64,000 nt of DNA, from positions 256,163 through 320,162 of the forward strand of contig DAIDAP010000037.1 of the NCBI GenBank assembly GCA_027310565.1. Reading direction: 5' to 3'. Positions 51,330 to 61,323 of the stretch are shown piece after piece. Origin of the DNA: Chloroflexota bacterium. GTDB taxonomy: Bacteria; Chloroflexota; Limnocylindria; P2-11E. Position 1 is the first letter of the stretch; each line of letters opens with the position of its first letter. The position numbers and the translations under genes are program-made. The notes under the pieces were generated by a model, which saw only the letters and a program-made list of their open reading frames with translations, was not told the DNA's origin and made no database searches.

Positions 51330-52255
51330 ACGACGATCGCCTCGTCGGGCTGCTCGGCGCGCTCCGTCACGAGCGCATGGAGCGCGACGCGGACGAGCGC
51401 ACCCGGCGCCGCCTCGAGGAGGCCTGGGCCCGCCGGGCGCGGCGCGGCGGCCGCCGCTGGGCCGCGCGCTGGCTCGTCCCGTTCCTGGCGACGCTGGTCC
51501 TCGTCGGCGCGCTCGGCAGCACGGTCGCGAACGCCTCGGGCGACAGCCCGCTCTACGCGATCCGCGTCCTCGTCGAGGACGCGCGCGCCGTCCTCTACGC
51601 CGATCCCGCGGACCGCGCGGTTTACCTGCAGGCGCTGCTCGACCAGCGACAGGCCGAGGCCGCGCGCCTGGAGGCCGCCGGCAACGCGCTCGCGGCCGAG
51701 CGGGTGCGGCGCGTCGAGCGGCAGACGCTCGCCCAGCTCCGCGCGCTGGTGCCGCAGGAGCCCGAGCCCGAGCCGAGCGCGCCGCCGCCGCCGCCGACCG
51801 ACACGCCGACGCCGACGCCCGCTCCGACCCCCGCCGCGACGCCCGCGCCCTCCGCCCCGCCGACGGCGACGGCCGGTGCCGGCGTCCCGACCGCGACGCC
51901 GCGCCCCTCGCTCTTCACCGCGCGGCCGACCCTCTTCACAGCGCGGCCGACGCCGACGCCCACGCCGAAGCCGACCTCGACCGCGTCCATCGTGCTCGTG
52001 AAGGGCACCGTGAAGAACCCCGATGGGACGCTGAACACCGGCGCGTGCGTGTCGCTCACCGCCGGCGTCGGATGCCTGGCGACGGTGCGCGACGGGGCCT
52101 ACTCGTTCGCCATGTCCGCGCGGCCGGGCCAGACCGTGACCGTGTACGCGTTCACCACCGACGCGACCGGCAAGCTCACCGCGAAGGCGGTCGCGAGCGG
52201 CACCGTGAAGGCCACGACGCTCGAGCTGGCCCCCGTCAAGCTCACCCCGCTGTAG
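51326..52255 (+). CDS. Probable membrane anti-sigma factor with Pro/Thr linker and beta-rich C-domain
   Basis: Coupled to the ECF gene; single TM; GDSPLYAIR..E motif; PT-rich linker. Confidence 0.65.
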   Translation: MNDDRLVGLLGALRHERMERDADERTRRRLEEAWARRARRGGRRWAARWLVPFLATLVLVGALGSTVANASGDSPLYAIRVLVEDARAVLYADPADRAVYLQALLDQRQAEAARLEAAGNALAAERVRRVERQTLAQLRALVPQEPEPEPSAPPPPPTDTPTPTPAPTPAATPAPSAPPTATAGAGVPTATPRPSLFTARPTLFTARPTPTPTPKPTSTASIVLVKGTVKNPDGTLNTGACVSLTAGVGCLATVRDGAYSFAMSARPGQTVTVYAFTTDATGKLTAKAVASGTVKATTLELAPVKLTPL

Positions 52256-52325
52256 CCCGGCCCGCTACCGGGTTGCTACCCGGCCGTCGCTACGGCCGGC
52301 CCGCCCGCCGTCGTTGTGGGGACCG

Positions 52326-53297
52326 ATGCTGCTCCGCTGGGTCCTCACCACGGTCCTCGTCGCCGGAGGGGCGACCGCGGTCATCGCGCCGGCCGCAGAG
52401 ATGGCCCGCCAGCGCACCACCGTCGCCACGCAGCGCAGCGAGACGACCCCGTCGCCCGAGCCGACGCCGAGCTTCGAGGACCTGCTCATCGCGTGCATCG
52501 AGTCGGGCAACCCCGACGGCGCCGCGTGCGCCCGCGCGCAGGCGGTGAGCGGTTTCCCGGCCGACGAGTTCCGCGCGCGCGTCGTCGAGATCATCGGCAC
52601 CGTGTCGAAGCCCGCGCCGACGCCCGCGCCGACCGCGAAGCCCGAGCCCACCAAGGAGCCGGCGAAGACGCAGGCGCCCGTCGCCAAGGCGCCCGTGAAG
52701 GCTCCGGCGAAGACGCCGGCCGGCGAGGACTTCTGGACCGTCTTCGACAAGTGCCTCGGCACGCGCGACGTGACGAGCGACGTCTGCCGCCGCGCGCAGC
52801 AGCTCATCGGCTTCGGCGACGCGGACTTCCGCGCGAAGTTCGACCGCTACCTCGCGCAGAAGGACGCCGCCGACTTCGCGACGTACTTCTCCAAGTGCCT
52901 CGAGACGCGCGACCTTCTGAGCGACACGTGCCGCACGGCCTTCCGGCTCTCGGGCCTGAGCGAGGCCGACTTCAAGGCGAAGTTCGAGGCCAAGCTCGAC
53001 GGCGACTTCTCGGCCTGGTTCGCCAAATGCCTCGGCACGCGCGACGTGACGAGCGACGCGTGCGCCCGGGCCCAGCAGCTCATCGGCTTCAGCGACGCGG
53101 ACTTCCGCGCGAAGTTCGAGCGCTACCTCGCGCAGCGCGACGCGGCCGCCAAGACCGACGAATACGCGAAGTGGCTCGAGGCGTGCGTCCTGACGCGCGA
53201 CCTGGGCAGCGACGCCTGCGCGAAGGCGTGGCAGCTCTCCGGGCTCGCCTACGAGACCTTCCGCGACAAGGTCCTCGCGAAGATCAGCGGCGGCTAG
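52326..53297 (+). CDS. Secreted protein with five C-X10-C helical repeats
   Basis: Signal-like N-terminus; repeats F..CL.TRD..SD.C..A..L.G....DF.AKF. Confidence 0.75.
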   Translation: MLLRWVLTTVLVAGGATAVIAPAAEMARQRTTVATQRSETTPSPEPTPSFEDLLIACIESGNPDGAACARAQAVSGFPADEFRARVVEIIGTVSKPAPTPAPTAKPEPTKEPAKTQAPVAKAPVKAPAKTPAGEDFWTVFDKCLGTRDVTSDVCRRAQQLIGFGDADFRAKFDRYLAQKDAADFATYFSKCLETRDLLSDTCRTAFRLSGLSEADFKAKFEAKLDGDFSAWFAKCLGTRDVTSDACARAQQLIGFSDADFRAKFERYLAQRDAAAKTDEYAKWLEACVLTRDLGSDACAKAWQLSGLAYETFRDKVLAKISGG

Positions 53298-53326
53298 ACC
53301 AGCTCCTCACTTCCCCTCCTCGCGCC

Positions 53327-53359
53327 GAACGGCGCGCCTCCGCGGCGCGCCGTTCATTC
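53327..53359 (+). terminator. Hairpin terminator candidate
   Basis: GAACGGCGCGCC-TCCGC-GGCGCGCCGTTC-ATTC. Confidence 0.5.
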
Positions 53360-53443
53360 GTACGAGGCGATGCCGTCCGGCGCGGCCACCTGGTGACGTT
53401 CGGCCCTCACGTTGCGCTCCGGCGTCCGGGACGCTTGACTTCC

Positions 53444-56149
53444 ATGGCCATCGCCACGACACCGGCGGCCTATCCCTCGCATCGCGCGGCGGACGTCGTC
53501 CTGCGCGACGGCCGCGTCGTCCACATCCGCCCGGTGCGCGCGGACGACGAGGCCGGGGTGCTCGCCCTGCTCCGCTCGCTCTCCGCCGACGCCCGCGGGT
53601 TCCGCTTCTTCTCGCAGGCCACCGACCTGGGCGGCGAGGCGCGCCGCGCCGTCGACGTCGACTACCGCGACCGCTACGGCCTCGTCGCCCTTTCGGGCGG
53701 GGACCGGCGGGTCGTGGCGCAGGCCGCGTACTTCGCCGACGCGGGCGGGCGCGCCGAGGTCGCGTGGGTCGTCGCCGACGAGTACCGGGGCCGCGGCCTC
53801 GGGACGCTCCTGCTGGCTCACCTCGCCGAGCGCGCCGAGGAGGTCGGCGTCGGGCCGTTCGTGGCCTACGTCCTCCCGGAGAACCAACTCATGATCGAGG
53901 TGCTCCGCGAGAGCGGCCTCCCGCTGCGCAGCGCACGCGCCGACGGGCAGATCGTCTTCGAGTTCCCCACCTCGCTCTCGACCGCCGCGCGCGAGCGCTT
54001 CGAGGCACGCGAGCAGGTGGCCACGGCCGCGAGCCTCGCGTCGCTGCTGGCGCCGCGCTCGATCGCGGTCATCGGCGCGTCGCGCTCGCGCGGGACGATC
54101 GGCGGCGAGATCTTCCACAACCTGCTGGAGACCGGCTTCCGCGGCCCGGTCTATCCGGTGAACCCGCGCGCCCCGGTGATCCAGTCGGTGCGGGCGTACC
54201 CCGGCGTCGCCGAGATCCCCGACAGCGTGGACCTCGCGGTCGTCGTGGTCCCCGCGGCCGACGTCCTCGACGCGGCCCGCGACTGCGCGCGCGCGGGCGC
54301 CCGCGCGCTGGTCGTCATCTCCGCCGGGTTCGGCGAGACCGGCCCCGAGGGGCTCGCGCGGCAGCGCGAGCTCGTCGAGATCTGCCGCGCGTCGGGCATG
54401 CGCCTGGTCGGCCCCAACTGCATGGGGATCGTCAACACGGCCGCCGACGTGCGGATGAACGCGACGTTCGCGCCGACGTTCCCGCCCGCCGGGCGCGTCG
54501 GCCTCATGTCGCAGAGCGGCGCGCTCGGGCTCGCGATCATCGACCAGTGCGCGGAGCGCGGCATCGGCCTGTCGACGTTCGTCTCCGTCGGCAACAAGGC
54601 GGACGTCTCGGGCAACGACCTCCTCCAGTACTGGGAGACCGACCCGGCGACCGACGTCGCGCTGCTCTACCTCGAGTCGTTCGGCAACCCGCGCAAGTTC
54701 GCGCGCATCGCGCGCCGCGTCGCCCGGCGCAAGCCGGTCCTCGCGGTGAAGAGCGGCCGCTCCGTCGCCGGCGCGCGCGCCACCTCGTCGCACACCGGCG
54801 CGCTCGTGGCGGCGTCCGACGTCACCGTGGACGCGCTGTTCGCGCAGACCGGCGTGGTCCGCACCGACACGCTCTCCGAGCTGCTCGACGCGGCGGCGCT
54901 GTTCGCGTCGCAGCCGCTCCCGGCGGGTGACCGCGTCGGCATCGTGACCAACGCCGGCGGCCCGGCCATCCTCTGCGCGGACGCCTGCGAGGCGCGCGGC
55001 CTGCGCGTCCCGCCGCTGCCCGAGGCCGTCCGCGGCGCGCTGCGCGCGGCGCTCCCGCCCGAGGCCTCGGTCGCGAACCCCGTCGACATGATCGCGTCGG
55101 CGACGCCCGAGCAGTACGCCCAGGCCATCCACGCGCTCGCCGCGTCCGACGCGGTGGACGCGATCGTCGCGATCTTCATCCCCCCGCTCGTGACGCGGCT
55201 CGAGGAGGTGGCGCGGGCGATCGCGGCCGAGGCAGGCCGGCTCCCCCGGCCGGTCCCGCTCCTCGCGGTGCTCATGGCCGAGGACCGCGCGCAGTCGGTC
55301 ATGGCCGCGGCGCGCGTGCCGGTGTACCCCTACCCCGAGGACGCCGCGCGCGCGCTCGCCCACGCGGTGAAGCACGCCGCCTGGCGCGCGAGGCCGGAGT
55401 CCGCGCCGCCGGTCTTCGCCGACATCCGCCCGGACGCCGCGGACGCGGTCATCCGGGGGGCGCTGGAGGCTGAGCCCGGCTGGCTCGATCCGGCGGAGGT
55501 CGCGGCGCTGCTGGGGGCCTACGGGCTGCCGCTCGCGCCCTTCCGAGTCGCCGCGGATCCGGCCGCGGCGGGCGCGGCGGCGGAGGCGCTCGGCGGCGCG
55601 GTCGCGCTGAAGGCGATCGCGCCGGGCCTGGTGCACAAGACCGAGGCCGGCGCGGTGCGCCTCGGCCTCGCCGGGCGCGAGGCGGCCGCGCGCGCGGCGG
55701 CGGAGCTCGTGGCGTCGCTCGGGCCTTCGACACGTTTCCTCGTGCAGACGATGGCCGAGCCCGGCGTGGAGATGCTCGTGGGCATGGTCCACGACGCGTC
55801 GTTCGGCCCGGTGGTCGCCTGCGGCGCGGGCGGCACGTCGGTCGAGCTGCTGCGGGACGTGAGCGTCCGCGTCGCGCCACTCGCCGCCGCCGACGCGGGC
55901 GAGATGGTCCGCGCGCTCCGGACGTTCCCGCTGCTGGACGGCTACCGCGGACGGCCAAAGGCCGACGTCGCGGCGCTCGAGGACGTCGTCCTGCGCGTGT
56001 CGGCGCTGGTCGAGGCGCACCCCGAGATCGCCGAGCTGGACTGCAACCCGGTGATCGTGGGACCGAACGGCGCGGTCATCGTGGACGCCCGCGTCCGCGT
56101 CGCGCCGGTCGCGCCGCGGCCGCCGCTGTCGTCGCTGGTCGCGCCGTAG
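53444..56149 (+). CDS. GNAT plus NDP-forming acyl-CoA synthetase fusion (Pat-type acetyltransferase)
   Basis: N-terminal GNAT (LRDG...RP, AEVA, RGRGLG); PRSIAVIGAS, GPNCMG, SQSGA, TNAGG, NPVDM; ATP-grasp HKTEAG, ELDCNP. Confidence 0.88.
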   Translation: MAIATTPAAYPSHRAADVVLRDGRVVHIRPVRADDEAGVLALLRSLSADARGFRFFSQATDLGGEARRAVDVDYRDRYGLVALSGGDRRVVAQAAYFADAGGRAEVAWVVADEYRGRGLGTLLLAHLAERAEEVGVGPFVAYVLPENQLMIEVLRESGLPLRSARADGQIVFEFPTSLSTAARERFEAREQVATAASLASLLAPRSIAVIGASRSRGTIGGEIFHNLLETGFRGPVYPVNPRAPVIQSVRAYPGVAEIPDSVDLAVVVVPAADVLDAARDCARAGARALVVISAGFGETGPEGLARQRELVEICRASGMRLVGPNCMGIVNTAADVRMNATFAPTFPPAGRVGLMSQSGALGLAIIDQCAERGIGLSTFVSVGNKADVSGNDLLQYWETDPATDVALLYLESFGNPRKFARIARRVARRKPVLAVKSGRSVAGARATSSHTGALVAASDVTVDALFAQTGVVRTDTLSELLDAAALFASQPLPAGDRVGIVTNAGGPAILCADACEARGLRVPPLPEAVRGALRAALPPEASVANPVDMIASATPEQYAQAIHALAASDAVDAIVAIFIPPLVTRLEEVARAIAAEAGRLPRPVPLLAVLMAEDRAQSVMAAARVPVYPYPEDAARALAHAVKHAAWRARPESAPPVFADIRPDAADAVIRGALEAEPGWLDPAEVAALLGAYGLPLAPFRVAADPAAAGAAAEALGGAVALKAIAPGLVHKTEAGAVRLGLAGREAAARAAAELVASLGPSTRFLVQTMAEPGVEMLVGMVHDASFGPVVACGAGGTSVELLRDVSVRVAPLAAADAGEMVRALRTFPLLDGYRGRPKADVAALEDVVLRVSALVEAHPEIAELDCNPVIVGPNGAVIVDARVRVAPVAPRPPLSSLVAP

Positions 56150-56159
56150 CATCGGCGGC

Positions 56160-57329
56160 ATGCGCATCGGGATCCTGACCGGCGGCGGCGACGTCCCCGG
56201 CCTGAACCCGGTCATCAAGAGCGTCGTCTACCGCTCGACCGAGCTCGGGTACGAGGTCGTCGGCATCCGCCGCGGCTGGGAAGGGCTCACGCACATGCGG
56301 CCCGGCCCCGCGCTCGATCCCGACTACGCGCGCCCGCTCGACCGCGCCAACACGCGGACGATCGACCGCACCGGCGGGACGATGCTGCACACCTCGCGTA
56401 CGAACCCGGCGCGGATGAGCGCGCGGCGCCTGCCGGAGACGCTCGACGCCGCCGACCGCTCACGGCTCGCGATCGCCGGGGACCTGTACGACCTCACGCC
56501 GGTGGTGCTGCGCAACATCGGACGGCTCGGCCTCGACTGCCTCGTCACGATCGGCGGCGACGACACGCTCTCCTTCTCGGAGGTGCTCGTGCGCGAGGGC
56601 GTCCGCCTCGTCGCGATCCCGAAGACGATGGACAACGACGTCCAGGGCACCGAGTACTGCATCGGCTTCTCGACGGCGATCACACGCGCGAAGGAGCTCG
56701 TCGACCGCCAGCGCACCACGCTCGGCTCGCACGAGCGCATCGGCATCTTCCGCATCTTCGGCCGCGACGCGGGCTTCAGCGCGCTCCAGGCCGCGTACAT
56801 CACCTCGGCGCGCTGCCTCATCCCCGAGGCGCCGTTCGACCTCGACCGGCTGGTGGCGCTCATGGTGGAGGACAAACGCTCCAACCCCTCCCGCTACGCC
56901 CTCGTCATCGCGGCCGAGGGCGCCATGTGGCGGGGCGGATCGCTCGCCGAGTACGGGCCACCCGACGCGTACGGGCACCGGCGCAAGGCGAACGTCGCGG
57001 AGACCCTCGCCGCGGAGATCCGCGCGCGCACCGGCGAGGACACCATCGCGATGGAGCTCACCTACGACCTGCGCAGCGGCCAGGCCGACGCGCTCGACCA
57101 GACCGTCGCGATCACCTTCGCGAACATCGCGACGGACCTCATCCGCGACGGGGTGTTCGGGCGGATGGTGGCGATCCAGGGCGGGAACTTCGTCCACACG
57201 ACGCTGCCCGACCCCGCGCTCGGGCCGCGTCGTGTGGACGTCGCGCGTCAGTACAACCTCGAGCGTCTGCGCCCGCAGTACGCCGACCGGCTCGGCGCCT
57301 CGATCTTCCTCTCGGCGCCGCCGGCCTAG
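56160..57329 (+). CDS. pfkA: 6-phosphofructokinase (PfkA family)
   Basis: LTGGGDVPGLN, GGTMLHTSR, IGGDDT, PKTMDND, LRSG. Confidence 0.88.
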   Translation: MRIGILTGGGDVPGLNPVIKSVVYRSTELGYEVVGIRRGWEGLTHMRPGPALDPDYARPLDRANTRTIDRTGGTMLHTSRTNPARMSARRLPETLDAADRSRLAIAGDLYDLTPVVLRNIGRLGLDCLVTIGGDDTLSFSEVLVREGVRLVAIPKTMDNDVQGTEYCIGFSTAITRAKELVDRQRTTLGSHERIGIFRIFGRDAGFSALQAAYITSARCLIPEAPFDLDRLVALMVEDKRSNPSRYALVIAAEGAMWRGGSLAEYGPPDAYGHRRKANVAETLAAEIRARTGEDTIAMELTYDLRSGQADALDQTVAITFANIATDLIRDGVFGRMVAIQGGNFVHTTLPDPALGPRRVDVARQYNLERLRPQYADRLGASIFLSAPPA

Positions 57330-58369
57330 GCCGGCACGGCCTCCCGGGCGGGCGTCGCCGAGCGCTTGGCGGACGCCGCGCCGCAGACGGTCTCGATGAT
57401 GAGACGGCTCGACACGTACGGGTCGACGTTCGCGTTCGGACGACGGTCCTCGATGTAGCCCTTGCGCTCCTTCGCGACCTGCCACGGGATGCGGATCGAG
57501 GCGCCTCGGTCGGACACGCCGTAGCGGAACTCCCTGTACGAGCAGGTCTCGTGGAGACCGGTGAGCCGCTCCTCGATGCCGAAGCCGTAGTTCTCGATGT
57601 GGAGCGCGTGGCGGGTGCCCAGCGCCTCCGCGGCGGCGACGCACGCGTCGTACGACTCGCGCATCTCGTTGGTTGAGAAGTTGTGGTGCGCGCCCGCGCC
57701 GTTCCAGTCGCCGCGGACCGGCTTCGGGTAGAGCGTCGCGCTCACGCCGAAGTTCTCGCCGACGCGGTACAGGAGCCAGCGCGCGAGCCAGAGCTGGTCG
57801 CCGATCTCCGGTGCGGTGAGCGGGCCGACCTGGAACTCCCACTGTCCGGGCATGACCTCGGCATTGATGCCCGAGATCTTGATCCCGGCCTTCAGGCAGG
57901 CGTCGAGGTGCGCCTCGACGACGTCACGACCGAACACCTCGTCGGCGCCGACGCCGCAGTAGTAGCCGCCCTGCGGCGCCGGGAAGCCGTTGTCCGGGAA
58001 CCCGAGCGGGCGCGCGCCCTTGAAGAACGTGTACTCCTGCTCGATCCCGAACCACGGATCGAACGAGGCGTACTTCTTCCCCATCTCCGCGCTCGCACGC
58101 CGGGTGTTCGACGGATGCGGCTGCCCGCTCACGAGCATGACCTCGCAGAGCACGAGCTTGTCGTCGCCGCCGCGGATCGGATCCGGGATGACCGTCACCG
58201 GCTCGAGGACGCAGTCGGACTTGTCGCCGGTCGCCTGCTGGGTGCTCGATCCGTCGAAGGCCCAGATCGGAGGGTTCTCGCCCCTCGGGACGATCTTCGT
58301 CTTCGAGCGCAGCTTCTGCGTCGGCTGCGTGCCGTCGATCCAGATGTACTCCGCGCGGTAGACACCCAT
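57326..58369 (-). CDS. glnII: Type II glutamine synthetase
   Basis: AEYIWIDG, LRSKT, WAFDGSST.QA, WFGIEQEY, PQG.YYCGVG, NAEVMPGQWEFQ, DWNGAG.H, RLTG.HET, EDRRP. Confidence 0.93.
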   Translation of the reverse strand: MGVYRAEYIWIDGTQPTQKLRSKTKIVPRGENPPIWAFDGSSTQQATGDKSDCVLEPVTVIPDPIRGGDDKLVLCEVMLVSGQPHPSNTRRASAEMGKKYASFDPWFGIEQEYTFFKGARPLGFPDNGFPAPQGGYYCGVGADEVFGRDVVEAHLDACLKAGIKISGINAEVMPGQWEFQVGPLTAPEIGDQLWLARWLLYRVGENFGVSATLYPKPVRGDWNGAGAHHNFSTNEMRESYDACVAAAEALGTRHALHIENYGFGIEERLTGLHETCSYREFRYGVSDRGASIRIPWQVAKERKGYIEDRRPNANVDPYVSSRLIIETVCGAASAKRSATPAREAVPA

Positions 58370-58639
58370 TCGCACTCTCCCTACTCCGTGTCGGTACGCG
58401 GGCACCCGCCGAATGAGGCCCGCTCCGACGAGTCTCCCGGAGCGGGCCGCCGCCCGTCAGTGGCCGAGGTGGTGCCGGAGGGTTGCGGAAGGGTGGCGGC
58501 GCGCTGGGGACGTGACGTCAAGGGGGGTCGAACGTCACCTCGGCACGAGCCACGCGGACCGTGGACGACGCCGGAAGGGTGCCCCAAGAGACGACCTCCG
58601 TCTCTCGGCACGGCCTCGCGGCCGCGGGAGCATCCGCGC

Positions 58640-58942
58640 ATGGACGAGGGTCCGGTCTGGCGCGAGCACGTCATGGGAGAGCTCGCATGCCCGGCCTGTG
58701 GCACCCCGTTCGGGCAGGGTGACCTCGACTTCGCACCGCTTGGCGAGGGCGGCTGGATCTTCGACTGCCTGTGCCGAGCCTGCCGCCGGCGCAGCTTCTG
58801 CATCGTGACGCTCCGCGAGGCGCGGGCGCCGGGCGGTCACCGCGAGCCGACGATCACGATGGACGACGTGCTCGATGCCCACCGCGTCCTGAGCCGCTAC
58901 CGCGGCGACGCGAACGGGCTGTTCGTGCGTCCGGCCGTCTGA
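58640..58942 (+). CDS. Small zinc-finger hypothetical protein
   Basis: CPAC...CRAC; C-terminal ITMDDVLDAH..L..Y.GD...LF; GGGAG RBS. Confidence 0.65.
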   Translation: MDEGPVWREHVMGELACPACGTPFGQGDLDFAPLGEGGWIFDCLCRACRRRSFCIVTLREARAPGGHREPTITMDDVLDAHRVLSRYRGDANGLFVRPAV

Positions 58943-58972
58943 GCGGCGCCCCGGCACGTCGATAGATCCGGG

Positions 58973-59383
58973 CTACCGAACGACGAACGAGGTCCTCGCC
59001 GACTCCCCGGCGCACCGGACCACGATCGGCCAGTCCCCGGGCGTCGTGGCCGCGCCGACCGTCCAGGACCAGACGGCGATGCCGTCCGGACCGGCGACGC
59101 GCGGCTCGAGGCCGTCCGCCACGCTCTGCCCGCTCCGGTACAGCACGGTGATGGAGCACGCCGCTCCGGGAGCGGTCGCGACGGCCACCCGCCCGGTGCC
59201 ACCGCGAACGACCGGACTGCGTACCGACGTGAAGCGAACGGCGCCGAGCGCCGGTGTGGTCGCGCTGGCCGGCGCGCTCGGGCTCGGCTGCCCGCCGCTC
59301 CGGAGATCGCGCGGCACCGCCCGCGGCGGTGCGCAGGACATCGCGAGCGCCGCGACGACGAGCACAGGGGTCACGCCGCGCAT
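58973..59383 (-). CDS. Small lipoprotein, beta-rich
   Basis: Lipobox-like AMSC; TAPGA.C.ITV.Y.SG...GL......DG...WSW.VG. Confidence 0.6.
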   Translation of the reverse strand: MRGVTPVLVVAALAMSCAPPRAVPRDLRSGGQPSPSAPASATTPALGAVRFTSVRSPVVRGGTGRVAVATAPGAACSITVLYRSGQSVADGLEPRVAGPDGIAVWSWTVGAATTPGDWPIVVRCAGESARTSFVVR

Positions 59384-59435
59384 CACTCGATACGACGGAC
59401 GGTCCTTGCTCGCTACGATGCCCGCCGGAGGGGTG

Positions 59436-60065
59436 ATGCCGCGTCACCGCGTCGCGTGGGTCGCCATGGTCGCGCTCATGGCCGCGTGCGCACCGGGAGC
59501 ACTGCCGCAGGAGCCGGTCGGCTCGGGGCGCGCGGCCTCGGCCTCGCCTGAGCCGCCGGCCGCATCGGCGCCGCCGGAGGCGACCGCGCCGGCCGACGTC
59601 GCGGCGAGCTCCGCCCGGCGTGAGCGTGCGCGGGTGGTCTCGGTGACCGACGGCGACACGATCCGCGTCAGCATCGACGGGCGCGGCGTCTCGGTCCGCT
59701 ACATCGGCATCGACGCCCCGGAGACGGTGGATCCCCGCCGGCCCGTCGGGTGCTTCGGGAAAGAGGCGTCGGACGCGAACACCCGGCTCGTCGCGGGCAG
59801 GACCGTCGAGCTCGAGAAGGACGTGAGCGAGACCGACCGCTACGGGCGGCTGCTGCGGTACGTGTACGTCGAGGTCGAGGGGCGCGGGATGGTGATGGTC
59901 AACGAGGAGCTCGTCCGAGCGGGCTACGCGCGAGCCTCGACGTACCCGCCCGACGTCAAGTACGAGGATCGCTTCAGGGCGCTCGAGGCCCAGGCGCGGG
60001 CCGGCGGCGCCGGCCTCTGGGGACCCGCGTGCGCGCCAGAACCGCACCGGAGTACGTCAGCTTGA
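59436..60065 (+). CDS. Thermonuclease (SNase) lipoprotein
   Basis: MAAC lipobox; V.DGDT, VRYIGIDAPE, DRYGRLLRYV, NEELVRAGYA, GLWG. Confidence 0.9.
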   Translation: MPRHRVAWVAMVALMAACAPGALPQEPVGSGRAASASPEPPAASAPPEATAPADVAASSARRERARVVSVTDGDTIRVSIDGRGVSVRYIGIDAPETVDPRRPVGCFGKEASDANTRLVAGRTVELEKDVSETDRYGRLLRYVYVEVEGRGMVMVNEELVRAGYARASTYPPDVKYEDRFRALEAQARAGGAGLWGPACAPEPHRSTSA

Positions 60066-60400
60066 AGTTCCCAGAGCGCGCATGGACATCCTCGCCGCCT
60101 TCCGTGAGCTCGGCAGCTACCGCGCCGCGGCCGACCTCTGCGGCACCACGCACAAGACCGTTCGGCGCAGCCTCGAGCGACAGCAGCAGAGTCCGCCGCC
60201 GCGCCCACCCGCCGGCACGACACCGCCGTCGCCGCCGACGTCGCGCGCCAGAAGGTCGCGTCGACCGACGGGCGCATCTCGGCCCAAGCGGCTGCTGCCG
60301 TTGGCGCGAGCGGTCGGGTACAGCGGATCGGCGCGCAACCTCCGGCGCCTGGTGCGCGCCGAGAGGGAGGCGTGGCGAATCGCCCTGTCGAGCCAAGCGC
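60062..60400 (+). mobile_element. istA: IS21-family IstA transposase remnant
   Basis: MDILAAFRELGSYRAAADLCGTTHKTVRR and KRLLPLARAVGYSGSARNLRRLV; frameshifted; no DDE core or istB. Confidence 0.7.
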
Positions 60401-60458
60401 GCGGCCGCGTCGGGTCGGCTGTACAGCGCGCGGACCATCTCCTTGGACCCTGTGCTGA

Positions 60459-61319
60459 TCAGCCCGTCGCGCGCGCTGCGGCCGCAAGGCTGCGCCGCAC
60501 GAGCACTATGACCAGCACGATGATGACCGCGACGGGGAGGGCCGCCCACGCGCCGAGCTGCTCTGTGATCCCGGCGGTGCCGCCGCGCAGCCACGCGTAC
60601 AGGCCCATGAGGAACTCGGGGCTGTAGCTCGTCGCGCCCGTCAGAGCGACCCACAGCACCAGCACGCCCATCGACCACAGCAGCAGCGCCGACGCGATCC
60701 CAGTGCTCGTCGTGTGGACCTCGCGTCCGGCGAGGCGGAGCGTGACGACTCGTGTGCGCAGCGCCGGGTGCGACAAGATGTCCAGACGCTGCCCGAACAG
60801 CGCGATGACGAGCAGCGGGAACACCATCCCGACCACGTATAGCAGCCCGATCGCGACGGCCATCCACCAGGTCGGCGCGGTGATACCGAGAGCGAGCACG
60901 CCGGCGAGCACCGGCGCGCAGCAGGAGCTCGCCACACCCGAGAAGGCGCCGAGCGCGAAGGCCGAGGCGCCGCCGGGGCGCCCGAGCTTCGGGCTCCACG
61001 GCACGGGAAGCGACCACCCGCCGCGGAGGGCGAGCACGCCGAGGAGAAGCAGCAGCACGCCTCCGAGGACGAACAGCTGCTCGTGCAATTGGGGCACGAG
61101 TTGCGCGAGCCCAGCGATCCCCCAGGCGATGGGAAGGAGCACGACGGCGAGGCCAGCCGCGAAGATGAGCGTCATGCGCACGAGCTGCCAGCGTCCGTGC
61201 TGGACGCCTGCGGCGAGGTAGCTCGGCAGGAGGAAGGTGAGGCAGCACGGCGCGATGAGCGCAAGCATCCCGCCGAAGAAGGCGGCCGCGAGCGAGACCG
61301 GGCCGAGGAACGGATCCAT
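60459..61319 (-). CDS. ccdA: CcdA/DsbD-like transmembrane electron transporter
   Basis: AFFGG.LA.IAPCC..FLLPSY, SSCCAPVL. Confidence 0.82.
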   Translation of the reverse strand: MDPFLGPVSLAAAFFGGMLALIAPCCLTFLLPSYLAAGVQHGRWQLVRMTLIFAAGLAVVLLPIAWGIAGLAQLVPQLHEQLFVLGGVLLLLLGVLALRGGWSLPVPWSPKLGRPGGASAFALGAFSGVASSCCAPVLAGVLALGITAPTWWMAVAIGLLYVVGMVFPLLVIALFGQRLDILSHPALRTRVVTLRLAGREVHTTSTGIASALLLWSMGVLVLWVALTGATSYSPEFLMGLYAWLRGGTAGITEQLGAWAALPVAVIIVLVIVLVRRSLAAAARATG

Positions 61320-61323
61320 GACC

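Noticed and set aside
58370-58440. Glutamine (glnA) riboswitch upstream of glnII
   Set aside because: Partial likeness (CATTC...ACGGAGTAGG) but no closing P1 or GAAGGAACG block; needs a covariance scan.
58470-58481. GGTGCCGGAGG match to the tRNA-Leu 3' end as an att site
   Set aside because: About 11 bp in GC-rich DNA, with core genes in between and no integrase.
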